Source: an uncultured Candidatus Saccharibacteria bacterium
Lineage (GTDB): Bacteria; Patescibacteriota; Minisyncoccia; SW-4-49-11
Assembly (NCBI GenBank): GCA_964585065.1
Contig: CAZPCB010000001.1
Location: forward strand, 226,866-290,865
DNA length: 64,000 nt
Direction: 5' to 3'
Made by a program: the position numbers and the translations under genes
Shown: positions 9,913-20,311 of the stretch, piece by piece
Position numbering within the stretch: the stretch's first letter is position 1
Layout: every line of letters starts with the position of its first letter
Notes under the pieces: model-generated
Seen by the model: only the letters and a program-made list of their open reading frames with translations
Databases searched by the model: none
Told to the model about the DNA's origin: nothing

Positions 9913-10033
9913 TTGTCCTCCCTTGGGGGAGGTGTTCATACTATAATATATTATAGTATGAACGGAGGAGGATTAACACAAGAAAATGTCCACACCCACC
10001 ACTTCGTGGTACCCCCTCGCCAGCGAGGGACAA
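9913..10033. repeat. REP-like inverted pair containing a perfect 30-bp palindrome
   Basis: same double-hairpin architecture as 1142-1243; GTTCATACTATAATA/TATTATAGTATGAAC at 9934-9963. Confidence 0.7.
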
Positions 10034-10039
10034 TTAAGT

Positions 10040-12094
10040 TTATTTAATAATATCATTATCTTGTAATTCTTTTTCTGTAATAATCGCAATGCCTAATTTT
10101 TTTGCCTTTGCGAGTTTACTCCCAGCATCGAGCCCCACTATTAATATATCAGTTTTTGAACTTATCTGAGAAGCTACAATACCTCCCTGTTCTTCAATAA
10201 TTGCCTGTAATTCTTTTCGCGAAATGGTAGCAAATGTTCCGGTAATACAAATGGTTTTATTATTCCATTTCCCTTGTTTTACTGTTTCATATTCAATCAC
10301 AATACCAGATTCAATCAGTCTAGATATGATATCGATATTATGAGTATTATGAAAGAACTCAATAATAGACTGCGATACTTTATCCCCAATATCTGGAATA
10401 GTTTGTAATTCTTCAATTGTAGTTATCAGTAAATCATCTAATGATTTGAAAGTACGAGATAATTGTAACGCTGTTTGACTACCAACCATTGGGATACCAA
10501 GAGCCTGAATAAATCGCCTAAAAGAAATATGCTTAGCATTCTGAATACTGGTAAACAAATTATGGGCAGATTTTTCGCCAAAACCAGCAGTGATACGAAT
10601 ATCATCTAAAGTTAATGTAAATATATCATTAATATGTTGTAATAATCCTGCCTCTTGCAGGCGAATTAATAATTTTTCACTAAGCCCAACAATATGGAAT
10701 CCTTCTGCTGATACAGCATAAGACAAATATCCAATATTACGTGCAGGGCATTTTGCATTCGGACAATATCTATTCACTTGATTTTCTTGTTGCATAAGTG
10801 GAGTATCGCATTCAGGACAAGTATCTGGATATTGATATTCTTTTTCTATTCCGATTCTAAGCTCGGATAATACTTGTACAATTTCAGGAATTACATCGCC
10901 TGCTCGCCGAATAATAACAGTATCGCCAATTTTCAAATCTAATCTTGCAATTTCATCTTGATTATGAAGAGTTGCTCTGGTCACAATTACCCCATATACA
11001 TTAACCGGCTTCATAATTGCAACAGGAGTTACCTTCCCCGATCTTCCAACTTGAGAAATAATATTAACTACTTGAGTTGTTACCTCCTCAGCGGGGAATT
11101 TGTAAGCAATCATAAATCGAGGGCCCTTACCCGTAAATCCTAATTGCTCCTGTATAGTTTTATTATTTACTTTGACAACCATTCCATCATAGGCAAAATC
11201 AATACTATCTCTGAGTTCATATAAATATTTATACTGTTTTTGTACCTCTTGTATACTGGATACTAGTATATTTTCTTTAACCACCGGGAAACCTAAAGTC
11301 TTCAAAATCCAGTATTCCTCTTGTTGTGTTTGTTGTCCTAAATCAGTAATAAGCCCCCAAGAAAAAAAACTAAGCCCCCTACTCGCCGCAATGCTACTAT
11401 CTAATTGTCTGATTGACCCTGCGGCTAAATTTCGGGTATTAGCATATTCAGACTGACCATTTGTTTTTAATTCTCTATTCAATTTCTGTAATTGAGAATC
11501 TCGCATATACACCTCTCCTCTGACCTCACAATTACCTTCCCATTTCTCTTGAAACCGTATAGCCAAATCAGTATTATAGGATTTTAATTGTTGTATAGTA
11601 TCTTCTGTAATTGATATATGAAGAGGAATATCCTGAATAGTACGAATATTATGACTAATATTCTCCCCCTCTCTTCCATTTCCTCTTGTAAGCCCTTGTT
11701 CAAATTCTACATTATTATAGATAAGACTTACCGCAAGTCCATCTAATTTTAATTCTACAAAATATTGCCAATTATCATTATGAGATACAATACCCTTATT
11801 TCTTTGCTCCCATTGATATAATTCCTCTTCATCAAATACATCATTGAGGGATATCATCGGGACTTGATGAGCAATTTTCTCAAATTGACTTAATACTTCC
11901 CCACCCACTCTTTGTGTTGGGGAATCAGGAGTAATAAGTTCTGGATATTCTGTTTCTAATTTTGATAATTCATGCATCAAACTATCTAATACCCCTCCCG
12001 AAATAGTAGATTTATCATTAATATGATAGTTAGACCGATGATATTGAATTTCTTTTCTTAGTTTCTCTACTCTCTTTCTTGCCTCTGCTATCAT
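10040..12094 (-). CDS. ligA: NAD-dependent DNA ligase
   Basis: ELKLDG adenylation motif, EVRGE, C4 zinc finger, HhH repeats, BRCT; ATG at 12094 chosen as start. Confidence 0.97.
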   Translation of the reverse strand: MIAEARKRVEKLRKEIQYHRSNYHINDKSTISGGVLDSLMHELSKLETEYPELITPDSPTQRVGGEVLSQFEKIAHQVPMISLNDVFDEEELYQWEQRNKGIVSHNDNWQYFVELKLDGLAVSLIYNNVEFEQGLTRGNGREGENISHNIRTIQDIPLHISITEDTIQQLKSYNTDLAIRFQEKWEGNCEVRGEVYMRDSQLQKLNRELKTNGQSEYANTRNLAAGSIRQLDSSIAASRGLSFFSWGLITDLGQQTQQEEYWILKTLGFPVVKENILVSSIQEVQKQYKYLYELRDSIDFAYDGMVVKVNNKTIQEQLGFTGKGPRFMIAYKFPAEEVTTQVVNIISQVGRSGKVTPVAIMKPVNVYGVIVTRATLHNQDEIARLDLKIGDTVIIRRAGDVIPEIVQVLSELRIGIEKEYQYPDTCPECDTPLMQQENQVNRYCPNAKCPARNIGYLSYAVSAEGFHIVGLSEKLLIRLQEAGLLQHINDIFTLTLDDIRITAGFGEKSAHNLFTSIQNAKHISFRRFIQALGIPMVGSQTALQLSRTFKSLDDLLITTIEELQTIPDIGDKVSQSIIEFFHNTHNIDIISRLIESGIVIEYETVKQGKWNNKTICITGTFATISRKELQAIIEEQGGIVASQISSKTDILIVGLDAGSKLAKAKKLGIAIITEKELQDNDIIK

Positions 12095-12099
12095 ATATA

Positions 12100-12600
12100 T
12101 CAATCCGTAAATTTCTGTTCTAATGTCCTCTCTATAATAGTATTATCCCTAACTACTCTTCCTTTAGCAATAATAAGTGGTGGTATGGTAGGACTTACTA
12201 GAGTATTACCTGCTTGAAATTCAACCCTATATTGAATAGATGATCCACCTACACTAGATAATACAATCCAGTCCTTTCCGGAACTATCTGTTTGTATTGA
12301 TTCCCCAGTAATATTACTATTACCATTAGGCCAATTTTGCGAAGATCCATTAATTATACTTCCAGTAGAGGATGTAGTAAGAACAACATCCCTTGTTTGT
12401 GCCAGTCGATATTCCCACGCATCAATACCAGTATTAGCTGCCTGTATTGCCTGTTGTGAATACAGATTTTCTCGAGATATACGAGATTCAGCCGTAATCT
12501 TTTGTGATAAGGCAAGTAATAATATCAACATAACTGCTGAGACAATAATAGTAACAAATAGAGTAATATCTCCTTTATATTGTTGTGATATATGTTTCAT
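12100..12600 (-). CDS. PilX-like minor pilin
   Basis: KG followed by hydrophobic helix without E+5; SQQAIQAANTGI motif. Confidence 0.7.
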   Translation of the reverse strand: MKHISQQYKGDITLFVTIIVSAVMLILLLALSQKITAESRISRENLYSQQAIQAANTGIDAWEYRLAQTRDVVLTTSSTGSIINGSSQNWPNGNSNITGESIQTDSSGKDWIVLSSVGGSSIQYRVEFQAGNTLVSPTIPPLIIAKGRVVRDNTIIERTLEQKFTD

Positions 12601-12606
12601 ATTATA

Positions 12607-13080
12607 TTAATTATTTCGTGGCATTGTAGTTGATTGCATGGTGACCGTATCTTTACCATCTACAGATTTAGCGGTAATCACTACAGTCACTATAGTTCCT
12701 GGGCTATTATTATTTACTGAACCACCATCCCCAGCCTTAATAAAAAAGCTAAGGTCCTCAACGGTAAATACACTGGAGTCAGTATAGGGCTTATCTAACT
12801 TCTTGATAATATTTCCGTCTTTCTTATAGCTTATATCTACCCCATCCTGATCTTTAAATGTTAACTCACTTGGGGTAAGACTAGAGATATCAGATGAAGT
12901 TCTCAACTCTTTATCTATCACATTCAAAATAAATTGCAAATTATCTCTTACATTATCACTTTGCTGAGACTCTCTTTGATATTTAATAATATCAGTTATA
13001 GGCTGTGCTACTACAAGTATAATAATAGATAATATCCCTATTACCACCGTAAGTTCTGCTAATGTAAATCCTTTTTTCAT
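12607..13080 (-). CDS. prepilin-type minor pilin (PilW-like)
   Basis: KKG|FTLAEL class III signal. Confidence 0.85.
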   Translation of the reverse strand: MKKGFTLAELTVVIGILSIIILVVAQPITDIIKYQRESQQSDNVRDNLQFILNVIDKELRTSSDISSLTPSELTFKDQDGVDISYKKDGNIIKKLDKPYTDSSVFTVEDLSFFIKAGDGGSVNNNSPGTIVTVVITAKSVDGKDTVTMQSTTMPRNN

Positions 13081-13101
13081 ATTTATATTTTATATATAAT
13101 A

Positions 13102-13130
13102 ATTATACTGTATATTCATAATTATATCAA
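13102..13130 (-). promoter_or_regulatory. internal promoter driving pilin-pilX-ligA
   Basis: TTGATA-17-TATAAT on the minus strand. Confidence 0.6.
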
Positions 13131-13254
13131 CTTCAGATTAATTGATTCAAGGACATATATTGAAATATGAGTATTATAAAAAATTTGTTATATTATTATA
13201 TCTTGCACCTGAGTCGCTACAACCACTTCTATTAACAGATTTTATAAAAACATA

Positions 13255-13782
13255 TTAAGGAGCGCTATTCAAAAATGTATTAAACAATTCCATATTTGCT
13301 GAATATATTTTTGTTTTATTATTGAGTCTTGGGTTATTCACTATAACGGTACTTGTTACGGTAATTTTACCAGTAGCATTAAGAACCGTAATATAACGGT
13401 ATAGGATATTCCCTGATGGATTTAATGTAAACCCATTAACTGAATCCTGTGTTAAAGAACAAGAATTATTAAGTGTTGATACATTACAATTAGATGTGGT
13501 ACTTAATCCTCCTTTAATATCTGTTTTAGAATCTACTGCATAAGTACCATCTAGCAATCCCGCATTCCATGTCCCTGTATCATTAAGATTACTTTCATAT
13601 ATTGCCCTTACTATTTCTAAGCCCTCTGACATTAATAAATTAGCAGTATTGTCATATTGGTTATTAGATTGAGCTTTAATAATACCTGCCTGTAAATCTA
13701 AAAGTGCTATAAAGGAAATTGACAATATCATTGTTGCTACTATTGCTCCTACTAATGTTGCTCCTCTTTTCATTTTATTCAA
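13255..13782 (-). CDS. PilV-like minor pilin with atypical N-terminus
   Basis: KRG|ATLVGAIV hydrophobic helix; ANLLMSEGLEIVR motif; position in the pil cluster. Confidence 0.7.
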   Translation of the reverse strand: MNKMKRGATLVGAIVATMILSISFIALLDLQAGIIKAQSNNQYDNTANLLMSEGLEIVRAIYESNLNDTGTWNAGLLDGTYAVDSKTDIKGGLSTTSNCNVSTLNNSCSLTQDSVNGFTLNPSGNILYRYITVLNATGKITVTSTVIVNNPRLNNKTKIYSANMELFNTFLNSAP

Positions 13783-14272
13783 CCTTAATTAATCCAGAAT
13801 CTTTTGTGACAGTGATTGTTTTTTCCACCACTCCTGATCCTGTCAATTCTAATTGTATTGATTGTGCTGTGGATCTATTATTAGCAAAAGGTAATCCGAA
13901 TTCAAATTTCCCTCCCGACTTAAATGTAGCACTTTGTAATACTATGTCTGCACCATAATAAGAGAGAGGAGGAGTAGTAGTACATGCCCCTGACTGCTCC
14001 ACAACATAATAACTTCTAATTGTCTTTGGTGCAGTTACCTCCACCCCCATAGCACAAAGCTTATCATCAATTCCTATTCCAGTTAAATCACTTCGAGAAG
14101 GCGATAAAGCTCTATTCTGAGCTTGTCTAATAGCAGAAGTCACTGTTATTACATCTGACTTTAATTGTGCGCTACGCTGAGCAGTAACATAAGTCTGTAT
14201 ACCAATAACAGATAATATGGTGATAATGGATATGGATACGAGTAATTCTGCTAATGTAAATCCTTTTTTCAT
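13775..14272 (-). CDS. prepilin-type minor pilin (FimT/FimU-like)
   Basis: KKG|FTLAELL class III signal; IRQAQNRA. Confidence 0.85.
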   Translation of the reverse strand: MKKGFTLAELLVSISIITILSVIGIQTYVTAQRSAQLKSDVITVTSAIRQAQNRALSPSRSDLTGIGIDDKLCAMGVEVTAPKTIRSYYVVEQSGACTTTPPLSYYGADIVLQSATFKSGGKFEFGLPFANNRSTAQSIQLELTGSGVVEKTITVTKDSGLIKVE

Positions 14273-15108
14273 TTTGATATATTATATATAATCCAATAAT
14301 ACCATATATTAGTACTTGGGACAAGCTGTACTTGAATTAAGGTATATATTATTACAAATGAAAGTATAATACTTGGTCCAAAAGCAATTTTTTGCTTCAG
14401 AGAAGAATTTTTATTCACAATCATCAACAATACTCCCCAAATTGTACCAATCACAAAAGAGCCAAAGAAAAACGGAATAGCCCACATTAAAGGAATAAAA
14501 AAACCAAGTCCTAAAAATAATTCTATATCACCCCAACCTATACCCTGTTTTTTGGTAATAATATATAAAAATAATACAATACCAGCACTAATAATAGCAG
14601 TTATGAGTGAATCGGGTATAATAGGTCTTGTTTGATAATACTCTAGACAGAAATATATTAGACCCAATATTTGTATAGCTCTTAGCTGAATTACGGAAAT
14701 TAATTGATACTGCAAATCATATACAAAGACAATAATAAGTTGAGTTATAAGAATACATATAATAAGCCCTCGTATATATTGTATAGGGGTAAAACTATAC
14801 AGAGATATTAAATCTGGAATATACAAATAAGCAAATCCTGTAAACAGTATCGCTGTTAATAATTCAACCAGAGGGTATTGCAGAGATAGCTTCACTTGAC
14901 ATTCTCTACATCTACCTCTCTGTATAATATAAGAGAATAGTGGTATAAGCTCATACCATTCAAGAGTATGATGACAACTCATACATTCTGATCTACCATT
15001 CCAGAATTTTTTCTCGGTAGTCATCCTGAATAACACCACATTCAAAAAACTCCCAATCCCAAGACCTAAAATAAATATTATTCCTAATATATAATATATT
15101 GCATCCAT
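14269..15108 (-). CDS. pilD: prepilin peptidase
   Basis: GSFLNV..R, RSECMSC..L.WYELIPLFSY..RGRCREC, YD and GWGD aspartates. Confidence 0.93.
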   Translation of the reverse strand: MDAIYYILGIIFILGLGIGSFLNVVLFRMTTEKKFWNGRSECMSCHHTLEWYELIPLFSYIIQRGRCRECQVKLSLQYPLVELLTAILFTGFAYLYIPDLISLYSFTPIQYIRGLIICILITQLIIVFVYDLQYQLISVIQLRAIQILGLIYFCLEYYQTRPIIPDSLITAIISAGIVLFLYIITKKQGIGWGDIELFLGLGFFIPLMWAIPFFFGSFVIGTIWGVLLMIVNKNSSLKQKIAFGPSIILSFVIIYTLIQVQLVPSTNIWYYWIIYNISK

Positions 15109-15142
15109 ATTATTTTATTTGTCTTTATACACAATATATTCC

Positions 15143-15174
15143 AATTATTTTGATAGATAAAAGATTAAACAATC
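15143..15174 (-). terminator. hairpin after the major pilin gene
   Basis: ATAGATAAAAGATT-aaac-AATCTCTTATCTAT imperfect inverted repeat. Confidence 0.5.
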
Positions 15175-15199
15175 TCTTATCTATACAAAGTAATTTGAA

Positions 15200-15616
15200 T
15201 TATGGACAAGTTGCTCCAGCTCCTGGATTGAATGGCGTGGTATACGTTTTACTAGTACCAGTACTATCCACACATATAGCTGTAATACCAGCGCCCCAAG
15301 CCCCAGTACTGCTAGGGGTTGTATAAGCTCGATAAGTTGCTGATCCGTCAGCACTTCCTGTTAATGTAGTTCCTTGGCTATTGGCAACGCTTTGTGCAAT
15401 ACTAGTTAAAGTTGATACTGCTGGATAACTACCATTTGCATTGACATTTAACTCCATATATGTTCTAACCTGGCCCAAAGCCGCAAGAATAGCAGCTGCT
15501 CTAGCTTTTTGACGAGCTTGAGATACATTGACGAGTACAATAGCTGCTAAAATACCAATAATAGCAATAACAACCAAAAGCTCAATGAGTGTAAATCCTT
15601 TTTTTAACTGTTTCAT
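15200..15616 (-). CDS. pilA: major type IV pilin
   Basis: KKG|[18 protein letters not shown]; C-terminal Cys pair; strong SD-like AGGGGG upstream. Confidence 0.9.
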   Translation of the reverse strand: MKQLKKGFTLIELLVVIAIIGILAAIVLVNVSQARQKARAAAILAALGQVRTYMELNVNANGSYPAVSTLTSIAQSVANSQGTTLTGSADGSATYRAYTTPSSTGAWGAGITAICVDSTGTSKTYTTPFNPGAGATCP

Positions 15617-15659
15617 TTGTTTACACCCCCCTTCTGTATATATTTCATATATATATATA

Positions 15660-16877
15660 TTAAATTGAACCTGCTATATTGTAAATAGGAAGCAATATAG
15701 ATACTACAAATATTGCAACTCCTATTCCCAGTACTACTATCATAACTGGCTCCAATAATACTGTTAAATTAGCTACGACATTATCTACTTCTGTTTTATA
15801 AAATCGTGATAATGTTTTTAATACAGAATTCATTTTTCCCGTTTTCTCTCCTACCGATATAATTTGAGATGCCACGTATGGGAATTCCTTATGCTGTAGC
15901 AGTGCCTTGGATAATTCTCCACCATCCTTCATAGTATTAATAGCGTCCTGAATAATATTTTTGAATACAATATTACCCACTACCATTGAACTAATTTCAA
16001 GAGATGTAAGAATAGGAACTCCTCCCTGTAATAGAGTGTTCATATTGGAAGAGAAACGAGTTACATATAATTTTACAAATAATGCTCCAAAAAGTGGCAA
16101 TTTTAATTTCCATTTATCAGCCCATCTTGCACCCCCCTCTGTACGAAGAAAGAGTATAAATCCTCCCACAAAGAGTATAAGTCCTCCTACTATAACTCCT
16201 ATAAATTGTTGTAATAGCTTAGAACCCAATATAATAAGTTGTGTAGTCCAAGGTAATTGCACATCTGTCCCTAAATCATTAAGAACTTGTACTAATTGTG
16301 GTAGGACAAAATATGCGATACCAAGTCCAATAATAAAAAACACTAATAATACAAATACCGGATATGCTAAAGCTCCCTTAATTTTATTATTCAAATCATA
16401 TTGCCCCTCAAGATAATCCGCCATATATAAGAGAGATTCTTGTAATCCTCCTGCAGCCTCCCCAGAACGCGTCATAGCAACATATAATTGGCTGAATACT
16501 TTTGGATGCTTCGCCATTGATTCAGATAATAAATTACCATCTTGAACATCTGCTATTAATTGATCGAGTATTGATATAAAGTATTTATTCTTCTTATTCT
16601 GCTCCCTTATTAATGACAGAGCCTCCACAAGAGGAATTTGTACTTCTAAAAATGTTGCCATTATACGAGAAAATATTACTAATTCTCTTTCTGATACCCT
16701 ATTAAATATTTCTAAATCTTGTTTAAAAACAGATTGTTGATTTGTATTTTTCAGAGAAATAACAATAAGTCCCTTAGATTGTAAATTTGTTAAGGCAATA
16801 TCTGCATTAACAGCATTGATAAAACCTTGTCTTGATTTCCCATCTTGTGATTTTGCTAAATAACTAAACTTTGCCAT
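15660..16877 (-). CDS. pilC: type IV pilus platform protein (GspF family)
   Basis: two T2SSF repeats; GEAAGGL, ALAYP, GEKTG, LLEP. Confidence 0.95.
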   Translation of the reverse strand: MAKFSYLAKSQDGKSRQGFINAVNADIALTNLQSKGLIVISLKNTNQQSVFKQDLEIFNRVSERELVIFSRIMATFLEVQIPLVEALSLIREQNKKNKYFISILDQLIADVQDGNLLSESMAKHPKVFSQLYVAMTRSGEAAGGLQESLLYMADYLEGQYDLNNKIKGALAYPVFVLLVFFIIGLGIAYFVLPQLVQVLNDLGTDVQLPWTTQLIILGSKLLQQFIGVIVGGLILFVGGFILFLRTEGGARWADKWKLKLPLFGALFVKLYVTRFSSNMNTLLQGGVPILTSLEISSMVVGNIVFKNIIQDAINTMKDGGELSKALLQHKEFPYVASQIISVGEKTGKMNSVLKTLSRFYKTEVDNVVANLTVLLEPVMIVVLGIGVAIFVVSILLPIYNIAGSI

Positions 16878-16887
16878 ATTGTATATA

Positions 16888-17961
16888 TTATAATGTTGAT
16901 CTTTTTAGCATATTCCTCAAACTAATGGGGTCAGGGGAATATAATAAAGCCGTTTCGAATGATACAATTCCTGTTCGAATAAGATCAAATAATGATAAAT
17001 TCATAGATATCATACCTTCTTTACGATGAGTTTCAATAACAGTGTCCAATTGATAAATTCGATTTTCTCGAATAAGACTTTTTACCGCATTATTAGCTAA
17101 TAGGATTTCAAGAGCTGGAGTTAAATCTCCTTTAATAGTAGGTATAAGTCTCTGTGAGACAACAGCTTGTAGAGATGTAGATAATTGAGATCTTACCTGT
17201 CCTTGTTGATGAACAGGGAAGGTATCAATAATACGGTCAATGGACTGGGCAGCACTATTGGTATGAAGTGTTGAAAAAACAAGATGCCCTGTCTCAGCTG
17301 CAGTTACTGCAACTTGAACAGTATCCAAATCTCTCATTTCCCCTAAAAGAATAACATCTATATCCTGACGAAAAGATGATTGAAGTGCATTGGTAAAACT
17401 TTTAGTATCATAACCTACTTCTCTTTGAGTAATAATACTTTTATCTGAAGTATAAATAAATTCAATTGGATCTTCAATAGTAACAATTTTTACATCTCGG
17501 GTATGATTAATCTCATTAATCACTGATGCCAATGTAGTAGATTTACCCGAACCTGTTGGCCCGGTAACAAGCACAAATCCTTGCATTAATTGAGAGAATT
17601 GATGCATAACAGAGGGAAGCCCCAATTGCTCAAAGGTTAAAATCTCAGATGGTAAATATCTCATTACCAGATTAGGATTAGCTTGAGCAATAAAAGCATT
17701 TACACGGAATCGAGCATTTGATTCAGGGAATGTATAGGCAAAATCTTGTTCCTCACCAGCATATAAGGCTATTACTTGATCTTCTCGTAAAATAGATTTT
17801 AAGAATTCATCAAGAACCTCCTTAGTTAATACCGGCTGATCTTCAAGAGGAATTAATCTATTCTTAATTCTAAGTACTGGTTTACTCCCCGTAGTAAGAT
17901 GAATATCTGATCCTTTGGTATTTACTATTTGTGTTATTATTAGTTTTAAATCGATTGACAT
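16888..17961 (-). CDS. pilT: pilus retraction ATPase
   Basis: GPTGSGKSTT, EDPIE, GEMRD, AAETGHLVFSTLHT, SIDRIID. Confidence 0.95.
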   Translation of the reverse strand: MSIDLKLIITQIVNTKGSDIHLTTGSKPVLRIKNRLIPLEDQPVLTKEVLDEFLKSILREDQVIALYAGEEQDFAYTFPESNARFRVNAFIAQANPNLVMRYLPSEILTFEQLGLPSVMHQFSQLMQGFVLVTGPTGSGKSTTLASVINEINHTRDVKIVTIEDPIEFIYTSDKSIITQREVGYDTKSFTNALQSSFRQDIDVILLGEMRDLDTVQVAVTAAETGHLVFSTLHTNSAAQSIDRIIDTFPVHQQGQVRSQLSTSLQAVVSQRLIPTIKGDLTPALEILLANNAVKSLIRENRIYQLDTVIETHRKEGMISMNLSLFDLIRTGIVSFETALLYSPDPISLRNMLKRSTL

Positions 17962-17971
17962 ATATCTGTGT

Positions 17972-18352
17972 TTAAGATGTTGGTAAATACTTTTGTACCG
18001 TACGCATTACCTCAGTAGGAGTATAATTTGATTTTACAATATAATCAACTGCCCCAAGCTCAAAAGCTTGATTAATATCAGCCTGAGAAGATAAATTACT
18101 CAAGACCACTACAGGAATATCTTTAAGATTAGCTTGCTTTTTTATCCATTGCAATATATCAAATCCACTCACATCAGGAAGTATAAGGTCAAGAAGAATT
18201 AAACTAATTTGTTTTCCATTTTTAGCAAGAATATCCTTTACCTCAGGTTGATTAGAGGCGGTAAATACATTAAAACCTAATTCATCAATTTTTGTAGCAT
18301 ACATTTGTGTAATGAAACTATCATCCTCAATCAATAATATGTGATTCTTCAT
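17972..18352 (-). CDS. stand-alone receiver-domain response regulator
   Basis: IEDD, LLDLILP, SN, YIVK motifs. Confidence 0.9.
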   Translation of the reverse strand: MKNHILLIEDDSFITQMYATKIDELGFNVFTASNQPEVKDILAKNGKQISLILLDLILPDVSGFDILQWIKKQANLKDIPVVVLSNLSSQADINQAFELGAVDYIVKSNYTPTEVMRTVQKYLPTS

Positions 18353-18409
18353 ATATATGTTTATTTACTCTTATTCTGTATTAATAATATCATATCTTTA
18401 TGATTTTGC

Positions 18410-20125
18410 CTATATCTCTATAGTTGTTAATAACTCTGGGAGAGAAAGATATCCCTGCAATACCTTTAATATACCATCTTGTTTTAGGGTAACATAATCA
18501 TGGGCTCGAAGATATTCAGAAACCTCATTTTCATTGAATTTTTTTTCTACAATTGCTTGTAATTCCTCTGTCATTACCACTACCTCAAAAATTGCCATTC
18601 TTCCTTTGAATCCACCCGAGCATTTAGCACAGCCCACAGGCGTGTATAATGTATCATAATTACCATTATATACTTCTTTGATATATTCGGGAGTTAATGT
18701 AGTCAAAGACTCTTGTATATATTCTCTTTCTTTTCCATCTAAGGGAACTGCTTGTTTACATTCCTCACATAATTTTCTTACTAATCGCTGTGCAATAACT
18801 ATTTGTAGTGAGGCAGATAACAAAAATGGCTCTACCCCCATATCAATAAGCCGAGGTAATGCTCCTGGAGCATCATTAGTATGTAGAGTTGAGAACACAA
18901 TATGCCCCGTTAAAGCTGATTGTACCGCAAGCCCTGCGGTTTCACCATCTCGGATTTCTCCTACCATAATAACATCTGGATCCTGCCTCAAAATTGATCT
19001 AAGTCCAGAAGCAAAGGTATAATTTATTTCTGGCTTTACCTGAGACTGATTAACTCCAGATAAATAGTATTCTATTGGATCCTCTAATGTCACAATATTA
19101 ATATCATCCGTATTAATTTGTGATAACAGAGTATAAACTGTAGTTGATTTACCCGATCCCGTTGGTCCTGTTAATAGAAGCATACCAAATGGTTTTTTGA
19201 TTGCTTCTTGAATCAAGTTTACTCGAGGACCAATAAATCCTAATTGCTCTAATGATCTAATACCGTCCGAAGTATCTAAAATTCTCAATACTACCTTTTC
19301 TCCATATTGGGTAGGGAAAGTCGATACACGAAAATCTACTTTTTTATCTTTATCTAAAATAGAAAATCTTCCATCCTGGGGCTTTCTTTGCTCATCAATT
19401 TTGAGATTTGATAAAATTTTAATACGAGCAACAACGGGAGAATGGGCTTCTTTTGGTAAAATCAAACTAGTATGTAATACTCCATCCACACGAAATCTTA
19501 CCCGTACCGATTCATCAGTTCCTTCAATATGTATATCTGATGCTCCTCCTTCTACAGCATTTCTAATAATAACAGATACCATTTTGATAATAGGAGCACT
19601 TTCTAAATTTTCTGTTGTAATACCTGTGGTATCTGGGAGTATTTGTTCTGCTTCATTTTTTTGATGAAATTCCTCAAGATTTTCTGTAACTGCATTTTTT
19701 AAAGTTCCTGTTCTTTTGAGAGTTCGTTTAATATCTGATTCTATTGCGACAAATAACTCAAAAGATATTTTTTTTTCTTGAAAAATAAACTTAAGAGCTT
19801 GTATAGCAGTATAATTTTGTGGGTCAGCAATAGCGATAGAAATAGTATTATTTTCTTGTGCAAAAGGAATTAAGGTATATCTTTGCATAATATTAACCGG
19901 TAAAATATCATATAATTCTTTTGGTATACTAATATTCTCTAAATCTATAAATTCTAATCCCAAAATTTGAGCATTTACTGTTATTAATTCTTTTTCCGTA
20001 AAATTTTGCTCGAGAAAGGCTTTAATTTCTGATTCTGTTATAGTATCAAAAGAAGCTATTGACTTAAATTTATCAGGAAATTCATTTTTCAACAATTCAA
20101 ATGTTTTTTTTAAATCTAATTGCAT
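18410..20125 (-). CDS. pilB: pilus assembly ATPase (GspE/PilB)
   Basis: ASDIHIE, PQDGR, GPTGSGKST, LRQDPD, CxxC pairs; ATG at 20125 chosen as start. Confidence 0.95.
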   Translation of the reverse strand: MQLDLKKTFELLKNEFPDKFKSIASFDTITESEIKAFLEQNFTEKELITVNAQILGLEFIDLENISIPKELYDILPVNIMQRYTLIPFAQENNTISIAIADPQNYTAIQALKFIFQEKKISFELFVAIESDIKRTLKRTGTLKNAVTENLEEFHQKNEAEQILPDTTGITTENLESAPIIKMVSVIIRNAVEGGASDIHIEGTDESVRVRFRVDGVLHTSLILPKEAHSPVVARIKILSNLKIDEQRKPQDGRFSILDKDKKVDFRVSTFPTQYGEKVVLRILDTSDGIRSLEQLGFIGPRVNLIQEAIKKPFGMLLLTGPTGSGKSTTVYTLLSQINTDDINIVTLEDPIEYYLSGVNQSQVKPEINYTFASGLRSILRQDPDVIMVGEIRDGETAGLAVQSALTGHIVFSTLHTNDAPGALPRLIDMGVEPFLLSASLQIVIAQRLVRKLCEECKQAVPLDGKEREYIQESLTTLTPEYIKEVYNGNYDTLYTPVGCAKCSGGFKGRMAIFEVVVMTEELQAIVEKKFNENEVSEYLRAHDYVTLKQDGILKVLQGYLSLPELLTTIEI

Positions 20126-20126
20126 A

Positions 20127-20309
20127 TTATAACTTAAAATAACTACTAATAGTATCAAAGCTAGGTGCTACTATATCGGTATCCCCAACAGATATATGAT
20201 TTAATATAATAGCAAATATTTGATATCCAAAATAGCCTACAGCTATAATACTAACTGATACTATAATGAATTTGTGATACCTTTCAATAATTTGAGATAT
20301 ATTTTTCAT
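20127..20309 (-). CDS. small single-TM protein in the pil operon
   Basis: 60 aa, one TM, tightly packed between pilO and pilB. Confidence 0.65.
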   Translation of the reverse strand: MKNISQIIERYHKFIIVSVSIIAVGYFGYQIFAIILNHISVGDTDIVAPSFDTISSYFKL

Positions 20310-20311
20310 AT

